Shown here one piece after another: positions 28,755 to 39,682 of a stretch of DNA of 64,000 bases; position 1 is the stretch's first letter, and each line of letters opens with the position of its first letter. The stretch is taken from positions 1,757,301-1,821,300 of the forward strand of contig JBLDXI010000046.1 in NCBI GenBank assembly GCA_047495785.1. Reading direction: 5' to 3'. The notes under the pieces were generated by a model that made no database searches, had not been told where the DNA came from, and worked only from the letters and a program-made list of their open reading frames with translations. Origin of the DNA: Lepidodermella squamata (Eukaryota > Animalia > Gastrotricha). The position numbers and the translations under genes were made by a program.

Positions 28755-28818
28755 CCTAACCCTAACCCTAACACTAACCTCTAACCCATAACCTAACCTT
28801 AACCTTAATCTTGACCCT
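28755..28818 (-). repeat. Short degenerate (CCCTAA)n / (CCTAAC)n microsatellite
   Basis: cctaaccctaaccctaacactaacctctaacccataacctaaccttaacc; orientation opposite to the three TTAGGG tracts further right. Confidence 0.7.
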
Positions 28819-29464
28819 CTGAGAGCGAAATTGGAAACGGCATTGTAGGCGTGAAAACTGGGAAAACAGTAAGCTCTTAGCAATGACCGAAGAATCGAGT
28901 AATGGCGAGGAACCTCACAAGTAGCATTTGAACAAACTGAAAGCCAACTTTTTTTACAAGGGCGTCACCTATCAATTCCTTTTCCACGTTACGACTGAGA
29001 ATCCATAACGCCCATTGAAATATTGATTCGCTACGGAGAAATGTAACTCTCCATTATAAAACTGGTGAAGCGAAAAAGTCTGAGAAATCACCATCCGACA
29101 TCAACCAAAACTCTGGCAGCTGACAGCTGACAGTTCGACAAACAGGTAGGATCCAGCAAGGGTTTTACCGTTTTACCAAAGAAAAATGCATTTTCTCCGC
29201 GGAATTCTATTTTTTTGTTTGAAGAACAAAAAAATGACAAAAAATGCTAAATAGAAGCAGAAAATTAAATAAATAATTTATCTTTTAAAATGGTTTGCAA
29301 CAATTTTTAAATGCATTTAATCACTTAATTTGCCGCATGAGATTCTTCATTTTTTTCAACATCTTTTCCATTTTCCCCTCCATGTTTTTAATCGCGCCTA
29401 GTTCGTACGTACGGCGCTCCTCAAGGCTCGATTATCGGCCCACTGTCGTTCATCATCCTCATCA

Positions 29465-30230
29465 ATGAATTACCAGTTCAGTGCATCGCTTTTTGCCGAT
29501 GACGCAACGATTGTAGCCCGCGGGAAAACGCCTGAAGAAGTTAAGGCGAAGGAAGCTTGGGGTGGAATTTCGCAGTATGGCGATTGGTTATACACCAACT
29601 GTCTTAAAGTTGACGGGGACGAATATAATATTACGCTATTTTCCAAAAAATAGGTTTCTGCCCTCACGATTCAATTCTGTGAAGTCGATCTGCTTCGACT
29701 CGATCACGTGAAGATCTCGGGAGTCTCTCTGGACTCGAAGCTCACCACGGTAAGGCACGTCGGTCATCTGATCGAAGCCGAAAGATGTAGTACACCACGA
29801 AAAGCGGCTTGGCACGCCAATCTAAAGACCCTGAGACCCCCGACCCCCAAAGCACTCTCGTCGCTAGTCTAGCCGATAAACCAGCAGCATTGACACAACA
29901 CTCGAGGCGCTTCCACTATGTATCACGTCAATCCGTTGTGCAAGCTCGCCGCAGGCCAACGCTCGTTTCTAACCAAGACCATCCAGTGTTAAAACCAGCT
30001 CTCAGCGATGATCAGGCTGTCTGCTTCATCGAAGACGTACCGGCAAGGCATGCTTAATTTCCTGCGCGAACAGGCCGTTAACGACAACACCAAGGTGAAG
30101 GGCGAGCAAAAGAAAGGAAAGATCTCACGCCTCTTTGCAGCACCTTCTCCTTTGTAGCACAGAATCATCAGTTTGGAATGGAAATGCCAAGACCTACACT
30201 GGTGCACAATTAAGCCCCTTCCACTGTGAA
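29465..30230 (+). pseudogene. Decayed non-LTR retrotransposon RT C-terminal fragment
   Basis: SLFADDATIV (RT motif C), followed out of frame by VKISGVSLDSKL, resembling the LGV.LD motif of LINE RTs; broken by stops and frameshifts. Confidence 0.65.
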
Positions 30231-32749
30231 TTCACGGTCATTAAGTGGTAAAATTGTATCATCATAGATCTTCAAGAATACAAGCACACTTCAAGGATTT
30301 GCAATGATTTGATGGTGCAACCATATTATAGCTTATTTTTCACCAGCGGTGTGCGAATTGCAGACCGGGATTGAGCGGACTTTGTTGCGTAATGTGTAAG
30401 TATTTGAAGCCACGCCGAACTCCGACTATCAGAAAATACAGAAATAAGAAAATAGGCTATCAAAGAAGCACCTGCTAGCCGATCCTTTGGCGATTCAGGT
30501 TTTCATTGAAAGGGCACTTTCGCAATACCAGCCCTCAGCGCCATATTATTCGTTGTTTGGACTTTCGACCATTGTCAAGTCAGCTTGTACTGGATCACCG
30601 GCGTTAAATCTCTTTTCTTTTAACCGCATCGCAATCGTGGTAAATTTTGTGTCATTGTTTTGATTGTTTTCAGATCCATCGATACATCGATGCGTAAGAT
30701 CAAATTTTCGATTCATTACCGGTTATTCCACGACCATAGAAGGCCAGAGAAGCAATCTAGGTAAAATGGAGTTGAATTTTTGACAATTTTTATACATCTT
30801 CAACATTTGTTCGTTATTACAGATTACATGAGATGGTTCTCCGTGTCTAGCCTATAGCCCATTGTTCCTCATGGCAACACTATTCCTAATCAATCTGAAT
30901 CAGAGTGATCAGGCTGAAAGTATGAATGTGGAATGAATGTAGCGCATGATTCATGCTTATGATATTCAGCAAGTACACTTTCAACGGCTTCGAATGACAT
31001 ATATAGACTGAGAAGTTTTTCCGTTCCTCTTTGTTTTCTCCATTCTCATACTTGCCCCACTTATGAGCTTGCCTTTCCAGGTTGCTTGAGCGTCTATAAT
31101 GATACTATTGCGACAAAAAAACTCGACGCGAATACATTTACATTACAAGGCATCATCTCATCTCCATCAAACCAGTCATTAATATCATTTAAGCTTACCG
31201 ATGAGCAAGTAATCTCGAAAGATGATTATTTTTTCCCCGCATAATAGACGGACCTGGTAGAAAACAGCGCTCCTGATAATAATACCTGCAGACAATGTAT
31301 GAAGCCCTCAGAAAGGCGCAGTATCGTGACTTCTGCCGTGTAAAGTTATGCATTGCATTTATAATATCGTGACGTCAAATAATAGGAAGGGCGCGGTTGT
31401 TACCGGCATATTAAAAAAGCGACTCTTTATTGCATTGTTCCAGCGCTCATCGTTAAATGGTACCGGATGCGCGATTGAGACTGGGGCGGAGGCGCGTGTG
31501 TTATTTAGCATTGCCACCATTTTTATTTTGCGATTGCCGGCGTGAAACGTAAACACTGAACACACACAGGAGCACAAGGTTGGCCATTAAAAAGCAGCAC
31601 AATGCTGGGAAGATAATATCCAAGGCTACGCGCTCGGCATGCAGCGATCTTCGGTATCTTTCTGGACTGCATAGCTTTCGCATTACAGAGCGAGCGCGAG
31701 AGCGCCGTACATGATCGCATGCGTATAACGCGCATGGCGCAGTGTTTATGTATGTACGGGACGGCTGCGGCGCAGAAATGCGCGCCCGAACGCGCCACGC
31801 AATGATGTGCGCACAGGCTGCGCATAGATACGCTCGGGAGCCTTATAACGTTTTGCGCGTGTTATGCATAGCATGCCATAAAGAACATGGATATTAACGA
31901 TAAAGGTGTACCCCTGCTAATAATAACGCAGGTAATATTATTATTGTTTTCTGCGAGTCTTCAATACCTCTATCTCTCTCGCGCCTACTATACCGATGTA
32001 TAGTCTGATGCTGCGCGATAATAAAATACATCAGCAGCAGCTAGACTTTACCTCGGTTTCAGCACGCACCCGTCCAAGTGCAGGCAAGGAAGTCGTTATT
32101 CCGCTTATTATTTAGGCCTTCGGTATTTATACCGGCTTATTTAAATCAAGATTAGATTCTCTTTCTCGGTGGTATAGCGGGCGATAGAGCAATAACAGCA
32201 GCGCCTTTATACACACATTATTGTATACAATAATAATAATAATAATAACGGTAATAACACGCCCAGTGATATGAAGATTCGCAGAAATACGTGTAGATTC
32301 GGCTATGCGTTATTATTATATTAAACCGTAGGTGGGCTTATTCGAGGCAAAAATTCCTGCGAACTGACTGCGGCCATAATCTACCAATCAAGCAACGGGA
32401 AGACGATCAACTATCATCGCGGCGAATGCCCTTGGTTCGCGTTGTTCCTTACCTGATGTAATGTGGTGGCGGCAAAGCGCCGCGCCCGACGCCGAACTCG
32501 AATCGGTGTAAAGAACGCAGCAACAGCTACAGCGCCGGCTTCGGCCCCAGATCACGCGCAGCCGGGCCTCATTATCTTTCGATTTTTGCAGCGCAGTTTC
32601 ATGCCCGCGTAAAATAGCCGCGGGTACCTACCGATATCCGCTGTCTATTAATTTTATTAGAAATTTCGAAAGTTCCTTGATTTTCACCACTGCTATTTTG
32701 TTATTTACATTTTTTGTGCACTTTCATCGCAATCTAGGTTTCTTTTTCA

Positions 32750-35700
32750 AGTTTCAAAACTGGGTGACCGCGCGCGATCCGAACGTGCCTCCGTGGCACG
32801 CTTTACGACGACGACCATCACGTCGGGCACCGGCGGCACGACTAGCCGTACGACCACGTCGAATGTATCGAGCCTGCTCGATGCCGACACCGGTTCCAAG
32901 ACACGCTACGTCTACCGCGGCCTCTCGCCAACCAGTGAGAGCCGCTTGCAGCACCGCCTGAAAGAGCTCGAAGAGAACCTCGACTTTGAGCGCAATGAGC
33001 GCCTTCGGGTAATTTCCCGCACTGATTTTAACGAGCATTCGTGCTTATACTGAGATTTATGCTTTCAGGCTGAGCGCAACTCTCAGGATTTGCAGACTCA
33101 ACTTGAAATTCTGCAAGATCAACTTTCTGAAGCATCCGGTCTTAGCTCTGCCCATGTAAGCGTGACAAATTAATTCTGAATAATTCATATGACTTAAATT
33201 GTTGCTAATCGACAGAGCGAAGCTGTGAAAAAGCGCGAGAGCGACATTTTGCGCCTGCGCAAGGAAGTCGAGCTGGCAAATGCCAATGCCGAAGAAGTTG
33301 CCTCGCATGCCAAGAGACAGGCCCAGGCGCAACTTGCCGAACTGCAGGACCAGGCCGATCATGCTAACAAGGCGAAGCACAAGGTCGAGAAGGAACGCCA
33401 GAACTTGCTTATCGAAATCGACAGCCTCATGTCTCAGCTGGACGCCACCAACAAGTCAAAGCTGGCGGCTGAGACTAAGCTGGACTCTGTTGAGTCACAG
33501 GTTTGTGAAACCTTGTCCGCGTAAAATCTAGGTCAAATTTCAAACATTCAACCATTTTTTAGCTGCGCAGCGCCCGTGCCCAGAACGAAGAACTGCAGCA
33601 CTTGGTTGCTGATGCCACCAACATCAAGGCGCGTCTGACTCAGGAGAACTTCGAGCTCCAGCGTCAAGCTCATGAGTTCGAGTCTCAGGCCTTGAACCTG
33701 GCCAAGACCAAGCAGGTTCTGCAGCAGACTCTCGACGATTGCAAGACTCGTCTTGATGAAGAATTGCGCGTAAGATATTTAAATTTATAATTGAGAGGTA
33801 AACTCTCGATTTTTAACCCAGAACCGCAGCACCTTATTGGCTCAGCTCTCGAATGCCCAAGCCGATCTTGACAGCGCTCTGTCTCGTCTGGCCGAGGAGC
33901 AGGAATCATCAAACAGCCTTCGCTCTCAGGTAAAGATACAGTTTTGCTAATTGAGCGCTTCGAAGTTTTCGTCCGCCTTTCCAGGTCAATCGTCTGTCCA
34001 CCGAGCTTCAACAACTGCGCAGCAAGTACGAGAAGGAACTCATGGCCAAGCTGGAAGAACTGGAAGAGTCGAAGCGTCGCCTTACTGCTCGCATCGCCGA
34101 ACTCGAAAGCGATCTTGAGCGCGAACACTCGCGCGCCAGCAACGCCGAGAAGGCCAAGAGCAAGTTGACCATCGAGGTGCGCGAACTTACCATCGAAATT
34201 GAGAAGGTGAGCAAAGACATTTGATTATAGTTTTAGCAATCTAAGGTTGCTTGCTTTTCATTCAGATCAACGGCGCTTTGAGCGAGGCCCTTCGCCGCGC
34301 TCACACTGCCGAGAAGGAGGTCGAGCTTTCGCGTGTCCGCATTTCGGACTTGGAGCGCGATTTGCAGCGCGCTGCTGCCGATAACGCTTCGTTGGCCGAG
34401 GAGATCAAACGCCTGCGTGTTGACAACTCGAACTTGAGCGACCGATTGTCCGCAGCCGAGCGCGAGAACAAGAGCCTCGCCGACCAGCTTGTTGAATCGC
34501 GCGACCACGCTCGCGAACTCAACCGTCAACTTACCGAGCTGGCTGCCATTCGTGTTCAGCTGGAACGCGAGCGCGATGCCTTGGCTAGCGCTATGCGCGA
34601 GGCTGAACTCGCTGTTAAGGAGCTTGAGGCCAAGTACAACTCTGCCCAACAGGCTTTCCAGCACGCCAAAGCCGAACTCGAGGCGAAGCTCCGCGCCAAG
34701 GAAGATGAGCTCGAATCACTCCGGTAAGTTATATTTGAATGAGGAGTGCTATTCCGATGAATCTATAGATATAGTCAAATTTGTAGATGAGAACTTGCTA
34801 GATTGCAATTATACCTTGAAAATGATGATTTTGCGATTTTTCTATTTTTGCGATTTTTCTAGCCGCCAAACCGAACGCACCATTCAGGAACTGCACTCGC
34901 AGTTGGTCGAAATCGAAACGCGCTACAAGGGCGAACTGTCGCGCTTGCGCAAGAAGTTTGAAGCTGACTTGCACGAGTTGGAACATCAGTTGGACGCTGC
35001 GAACCGCAACGCCGCCCAGGCCATTAAGGATCTGGCTATTACTCAGAAGCGCCTAACCGAAGTGACCTTGTCGTGGGAGGAAGAGCGCCGCCTGCACGAG
35101 GAGACGCGCACCCAGTTGACCGTCGCTGAGAAGCGTCGTCTGGCTCTGCAGAGCGAAGTCGATGAAGTTCGCACGCTCTACGAAAACGTAAGTCATCGCA
35201 TAGAATGGTTCAATCAGTAAATTAATGCCTTATATTTCAGGCTGAGCGCGCCCGCAAATCGGCTGAAAACGAGGCTCACGAAGCCCACTCTCGCGTGTCG
35301 GAGCTTACCAACCAGATTACGATTTCCTTGAACGAGCGTCGTCGCCTCGAGGGCGAACTGTCCGCGGCTAATGCCGAGGTCGACTTGGCTCACAACAGCC
35401 AACGCGAGGCTCAGGATCGCGCTGATCGCCTGCAGGCCGATGTTAACCGGCTGTACGATGAGCTGCGCCAGGAGCAGGAGAACTACAAGCACGCCGAGAA
35501 CCTGCGTAAGCAGCTTGAGGTCGAGCTGCGCGAGCTTACCGTCAAGCTCGAGGAGGCTGAGGCGTATGCCCAGCGCGAGGGCAAGAAGGCTGTCGCTCGC
35601 CTTACTCAGCGCGTCCGCGAGCTGGAGGCTGAGCTCGAAATCGAGCAGCGCAACCACCGGTCTGCCGACGCTGCGTGGCGTAAGGTCGACCGTCAACTCA

Positions 35701-36120
35701 AGGAGGTACAGCAGGCCGCCGAGGAAGATCGCCGTGTTGTTGTCGAGCTGCAAGACCTTGTCGACAAGCTGCAACAACGCAACCGCCAAATTAAGAAGCA
35801 GCTCGAGGAAGCTGTGAGTTTTTTGTGTTTAGGCATAAGAAAATATTTACGCTGCATCTGTAGTTCAACTGTTCCCACCTCTATACTCAAAGATACCATT
35901 CGATTTATTAAAATTATACATTTTCATTTTACAGGAGGAAGCGACCAACATCACCCTGGCTAAATATCGCAAACTGCAGGCTGAGCTTGAAGAAGCCGAA
36001 CACCGAGCTGACGTTGCCGAGAAGAACGCATCGATCATGCGCACCCGCCGCCACTCGATGTCGGTCGGCCGTGACACCGTCCGCGAAACCATCACCAACG
36101 TGCGAGTCGTTCGCATTTGA
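32750..36120 (+). CDS. Paramyosin (myosin-tail coiled coil), ~10 exons visible; true start exon not identified
   Basis: YRGLSPTSESRLQHRLKELEENLDFERNERLR|AER is a typical paramyosin N-terminus; continuous heptad coiled coil with DELRQEQENYKHAENLRKQLE and KYRKLQAELEEAEHRADVAEK; ~900 codons and no motor domain. Confidence 0.92.
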
Positions 36121-38129
36121 GCGGCGTCAAAGATGACTCGAAAAAACCATTTTTAGGCTAATTTATTTTTCAATTTGAACATAAATACTTATACATATAC
36201 TTATATAATTGTTAATCAAGTTGGATCGCGAGCGCTTATACTATATGACCAGTTAAGTGAATCTCATGTGTATGCTGCCTGATGAAGTCGTATTATATGA
36301 CAGAACTCGTCGACTAATTTATGAGATGGATGCTTGGAAGTTAGAAATTTTGAAAATTGGACTCGCCAGTTTTGTTCGATAAATACTCATAGATATCAGC
36401 GGCTTAAAATACTCTTTCCGTCCTACGCTACTAGGAAGTCAACCACAACCGTGTGAGCTCTGTTGATTCATCACTACTCTAATGAGTTTTATTAATGTTG
36501 AAGTTTGACTATACATAACTCTTACTGTCTTTTGTTGCTTCGATGTTTATGATATCGCTGCCATAAATGAAACCGATACGTGCTTGGTGAAGCTATTTCA
36601 TTAACAGTTACATTTGCAGTCGTTCAATGCTTGGTGCTTGCTATTTTTTGTCAAGTTATTGATATCTCTATATGTTGAGATCGCACAAGTTGCTTTACTC
36701 GCAGAACCCGATGGAAGCTTGACGAATCACTTTATATTGGAAACGGACGTTATTTTCTGATCAGGGAACCAGCAACAGAGCGAAAAGTACTCCACATTTT
36801 AGAAGAAATTTCCACTCAAGAAAACTATAGACTATGTCGGCATAACCTTCGCCTTCAGTAATGCAAACCTTATTACGGGTGCTGGTTTACTACGCGCTCG
36901 ATGAAATGTTCAAAACTGCCACTGGCGTGTTATTATTTCAAATTATTTCAAATACAAGAGAGTTAATGGGAGATAAAAAATGTACATACTTGGGTGAACA
37001 ACCAACTTTCGCAGAGAGGACAACGGAGAAGGCGAATTGTTGAGTACTTTTCACTCTTCTACTATGGTTTCTCCTCCTCTCTTTACTTTTTCCTTTTCCG
37101 TGCCAAAATGGTTGGTTGGAATGAATGGCTAAATCAGTCAGATCATTGAAGGACTACTAAAATATGCCTGTTGCGAAAGCGAATAGCTACCATCTCGGCG
37201 TAAAATGCGTGAAATAAAAACAAAAATAAAAGGAATATTACTGAATTAATACCAACATCATTATTACCTATTTTATACCTGCATTTATTCTATTCCGATT
37301 GACCGGTGCTAGCTCGAGAAGGCACCAGCTAGTATCAAATGCAAATTGCAAATTACATGTGCAATAACAACAAATATTATTTTTCGATGGAGTCCCACGT
37401 GTAATGCAATGCACAGAGGGTTTTTTATTCGCGGCATAGTGACGCCGAAATTGCGTGTCAAGAAAAATCTGAAAAATCAGAACTTGTCGTTCCTCCAGCG
37501 AAACCGGCTCCTTTTTCGCCTACTGCCCTCATTTACCAAACCAACCTCGAATACAAAAAATCAGCTTGTAAGACCTATTCTTGCAGACTACTCTATTCTT
37601 AGATTTTATCTTGCGATGCAATTTCAGCGTCTCTATGGCAACAGAAAATACAGCTACAGCTATAGTTTTTTGCTTTCGAAAATTCGCTACAGAGCGAAAC
37701 GAACATGTTTTTTATCGTCCTTCTCTTTCCTGGCACAATTTTTCTAGAAATAATTTAGATGCAACCAACAACAATATAAAAATCAAGGTAAAATTAAAAA
37801 CCAAGAATAACAGGAAAAGATAAGGCGCGAGCAGAGGGTGAACAAGCGCTTGTCAGAGACAGTGCGCAGGCGACGATAGTGAGAAGGCACATTGGAGAAT
37901 TTATCACGGAATATGGGAGATTTACCTGACAAATTAACAAAAATACGACACAGAACGGTTTGAAAGACACAGAGAAATAGGAGACGGCGACAAGGTGAGA
38001 ACAACAGGTTGAGAGAGGCAGGAGAGAACTGACGGAAGGCAGAAAGACACAGAGGACAAGAATCACATGGGAGCAGGAAGCGGGCCCTGTGGCAGACGAG
38101 AGTTCAGAATAAAAAAATTCTCACTTTTG

Positions 38130-39340
38130 GTATGTCAAAATAATTCATAGTTTCTCGGACCTTCCAATACATTTGGATTAAGCGCATTGCGATTGTATTG
38201 TCGGGTCCGCTGATAGCGTAAATATAGTTGAAAACCATGTGCGATGAACGGAAAGGTTCCAGGTCGGTTCCAAATGACCTAGTTTGATTTTGATGTTTTG
38301 TAATGAAGCATTTCGAAATTTTCTTAAATTCTCGGATCTTCATGGGATTTTTGACTGTTGGAATGAAAATAGTACAATCGGGTCAACCTAGCATGATTAT
38401 GTGGTCAAAACTTTGGCAGAGTGAACAAAAAAGATTCCAGATCAATTCCAAGCGACCTACTTCGGACTTCAGATTTTCACTTCTGGCATCTCAAAATACA
38501 AAATACTACATTATTCCTCGGATTTTCAAGCGCTGGTCGATTAATCGAACGGAAAAGATCCGCTAATGACGATTATGTGTTTGAAAACCATGCACGGTGA
38601 AGAGAAAAGGATCCAGATCGATCCAAAATGACCTACTTTGAGTTTGAAATTTTCACGGTTGATCTTTCAAATGTCATGTCAATGTCAAACGCCAATATGT
38701 GAGTAATTTACAAGAATCGTGCTATCAGGCCTGCTGATAACGATTACGTGGTTGGAAACCATGTATGGTGAAGGGAAAAGTTTCCAGATCGATGAGAAAC
38801 GGCCTATTTTGATTCGATCTGGTCACGGCTGACCGTTCAAATTTCACCTCAACTTGTCGTATTCTGATCCGATTGGTGAAAAATTTACAGTCAGCTGATG
38901 ACGAATATCAAGTCGGATCAAGACGGCTGTCGACAATAAAGATTCCGGAGCGAACTAAATTCATCTATTTCGAAATTGAGATTTTCATTTTTGGCATTTC
39001 AAAATAATTCATAATTTCTCGGATCTTCAGTCAAATGTCGATTAATTGCATGGAAATAGTATTATCGGGTCCGTTGATGACGGAAACGCGGTCGAAAACC
39101 ATGTGCGGTGAAGGGAAAAGGTTCCAGATCGGTTCCAGATGACCTACTTTGAAATTTAAAATGTCACTTATGGAGGTTCAAATTCTTCAACAATTCCGGT
39201 GATAATGAGTTAACTTTTGATAAATCGCAAAGAATATGTAAAACAGGGTCCGCTGATCACGGAAATCATGTCCAAAACGGGGTACGTCTAATATTAAGGG
39301 TTCCAGAATTTTTACGTGACCTGTTGGATCATATTTAAAA
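38130..39340. repeat. Diverged tandem satellite, ~7 units of ~170-177 bp
   Basis: Motif AAAACCATGTGCGGTGAAGGGAAAAGGTTCCAGATCG..CCAAATGACCTACTTTG recurs near 38231, 38407, 38585, 38757, ~38925 (degenerate), 39095 and ~39273. Confidence 0.85.
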
Positions 39341-39682
39341 TCCACTTTTGTAAATTTACTTGCTCATTTTTTTCGCTTAATAAGTTACCCGCTGAATACG
39401 ATTAGCATATCGAGGTGCCCCTTTCGTTGTGCGAAAGCGGAATAGGTAATTAACTATGAGCACTTTTTACCTCCGGTTGAAAGCCCTTGAAAAACATTGT
39501 GGTTAATAGCAATCATGGAGCCACTAATCTAGTGCTGCTAAAAGTTCTGTTTTGGATCTACATTATAGGCTTTCCCATAAGCTTACTCTAATAATTAATT
39601 ACCAATATTGTTTTTACCTAGACAATTTATCAATTTTTTGGGCTCTTTGATATCGAGGCAGAAGACGATCGATACATTGGAA

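Noticed and set aside
28755-28818. Another retroelement-associated telomere junction
   Set aside because: Short, degenerate, opposite orientation and with no adjacent PLE sequence; more likely a microsatellite within a dispersed repeat.
13168-35963. Many long antisense or alternative-frame ORFs over RBM26, LARP1, NAA15 and paramyosin exons
   Set aside because: Shadow ORFs expected from GC-rich codon usage; no recognisable domains.
32750-36120. Myosin heavy chain
   Set aside because: No motor domain; length and N-terminal signature fit paramyosin.
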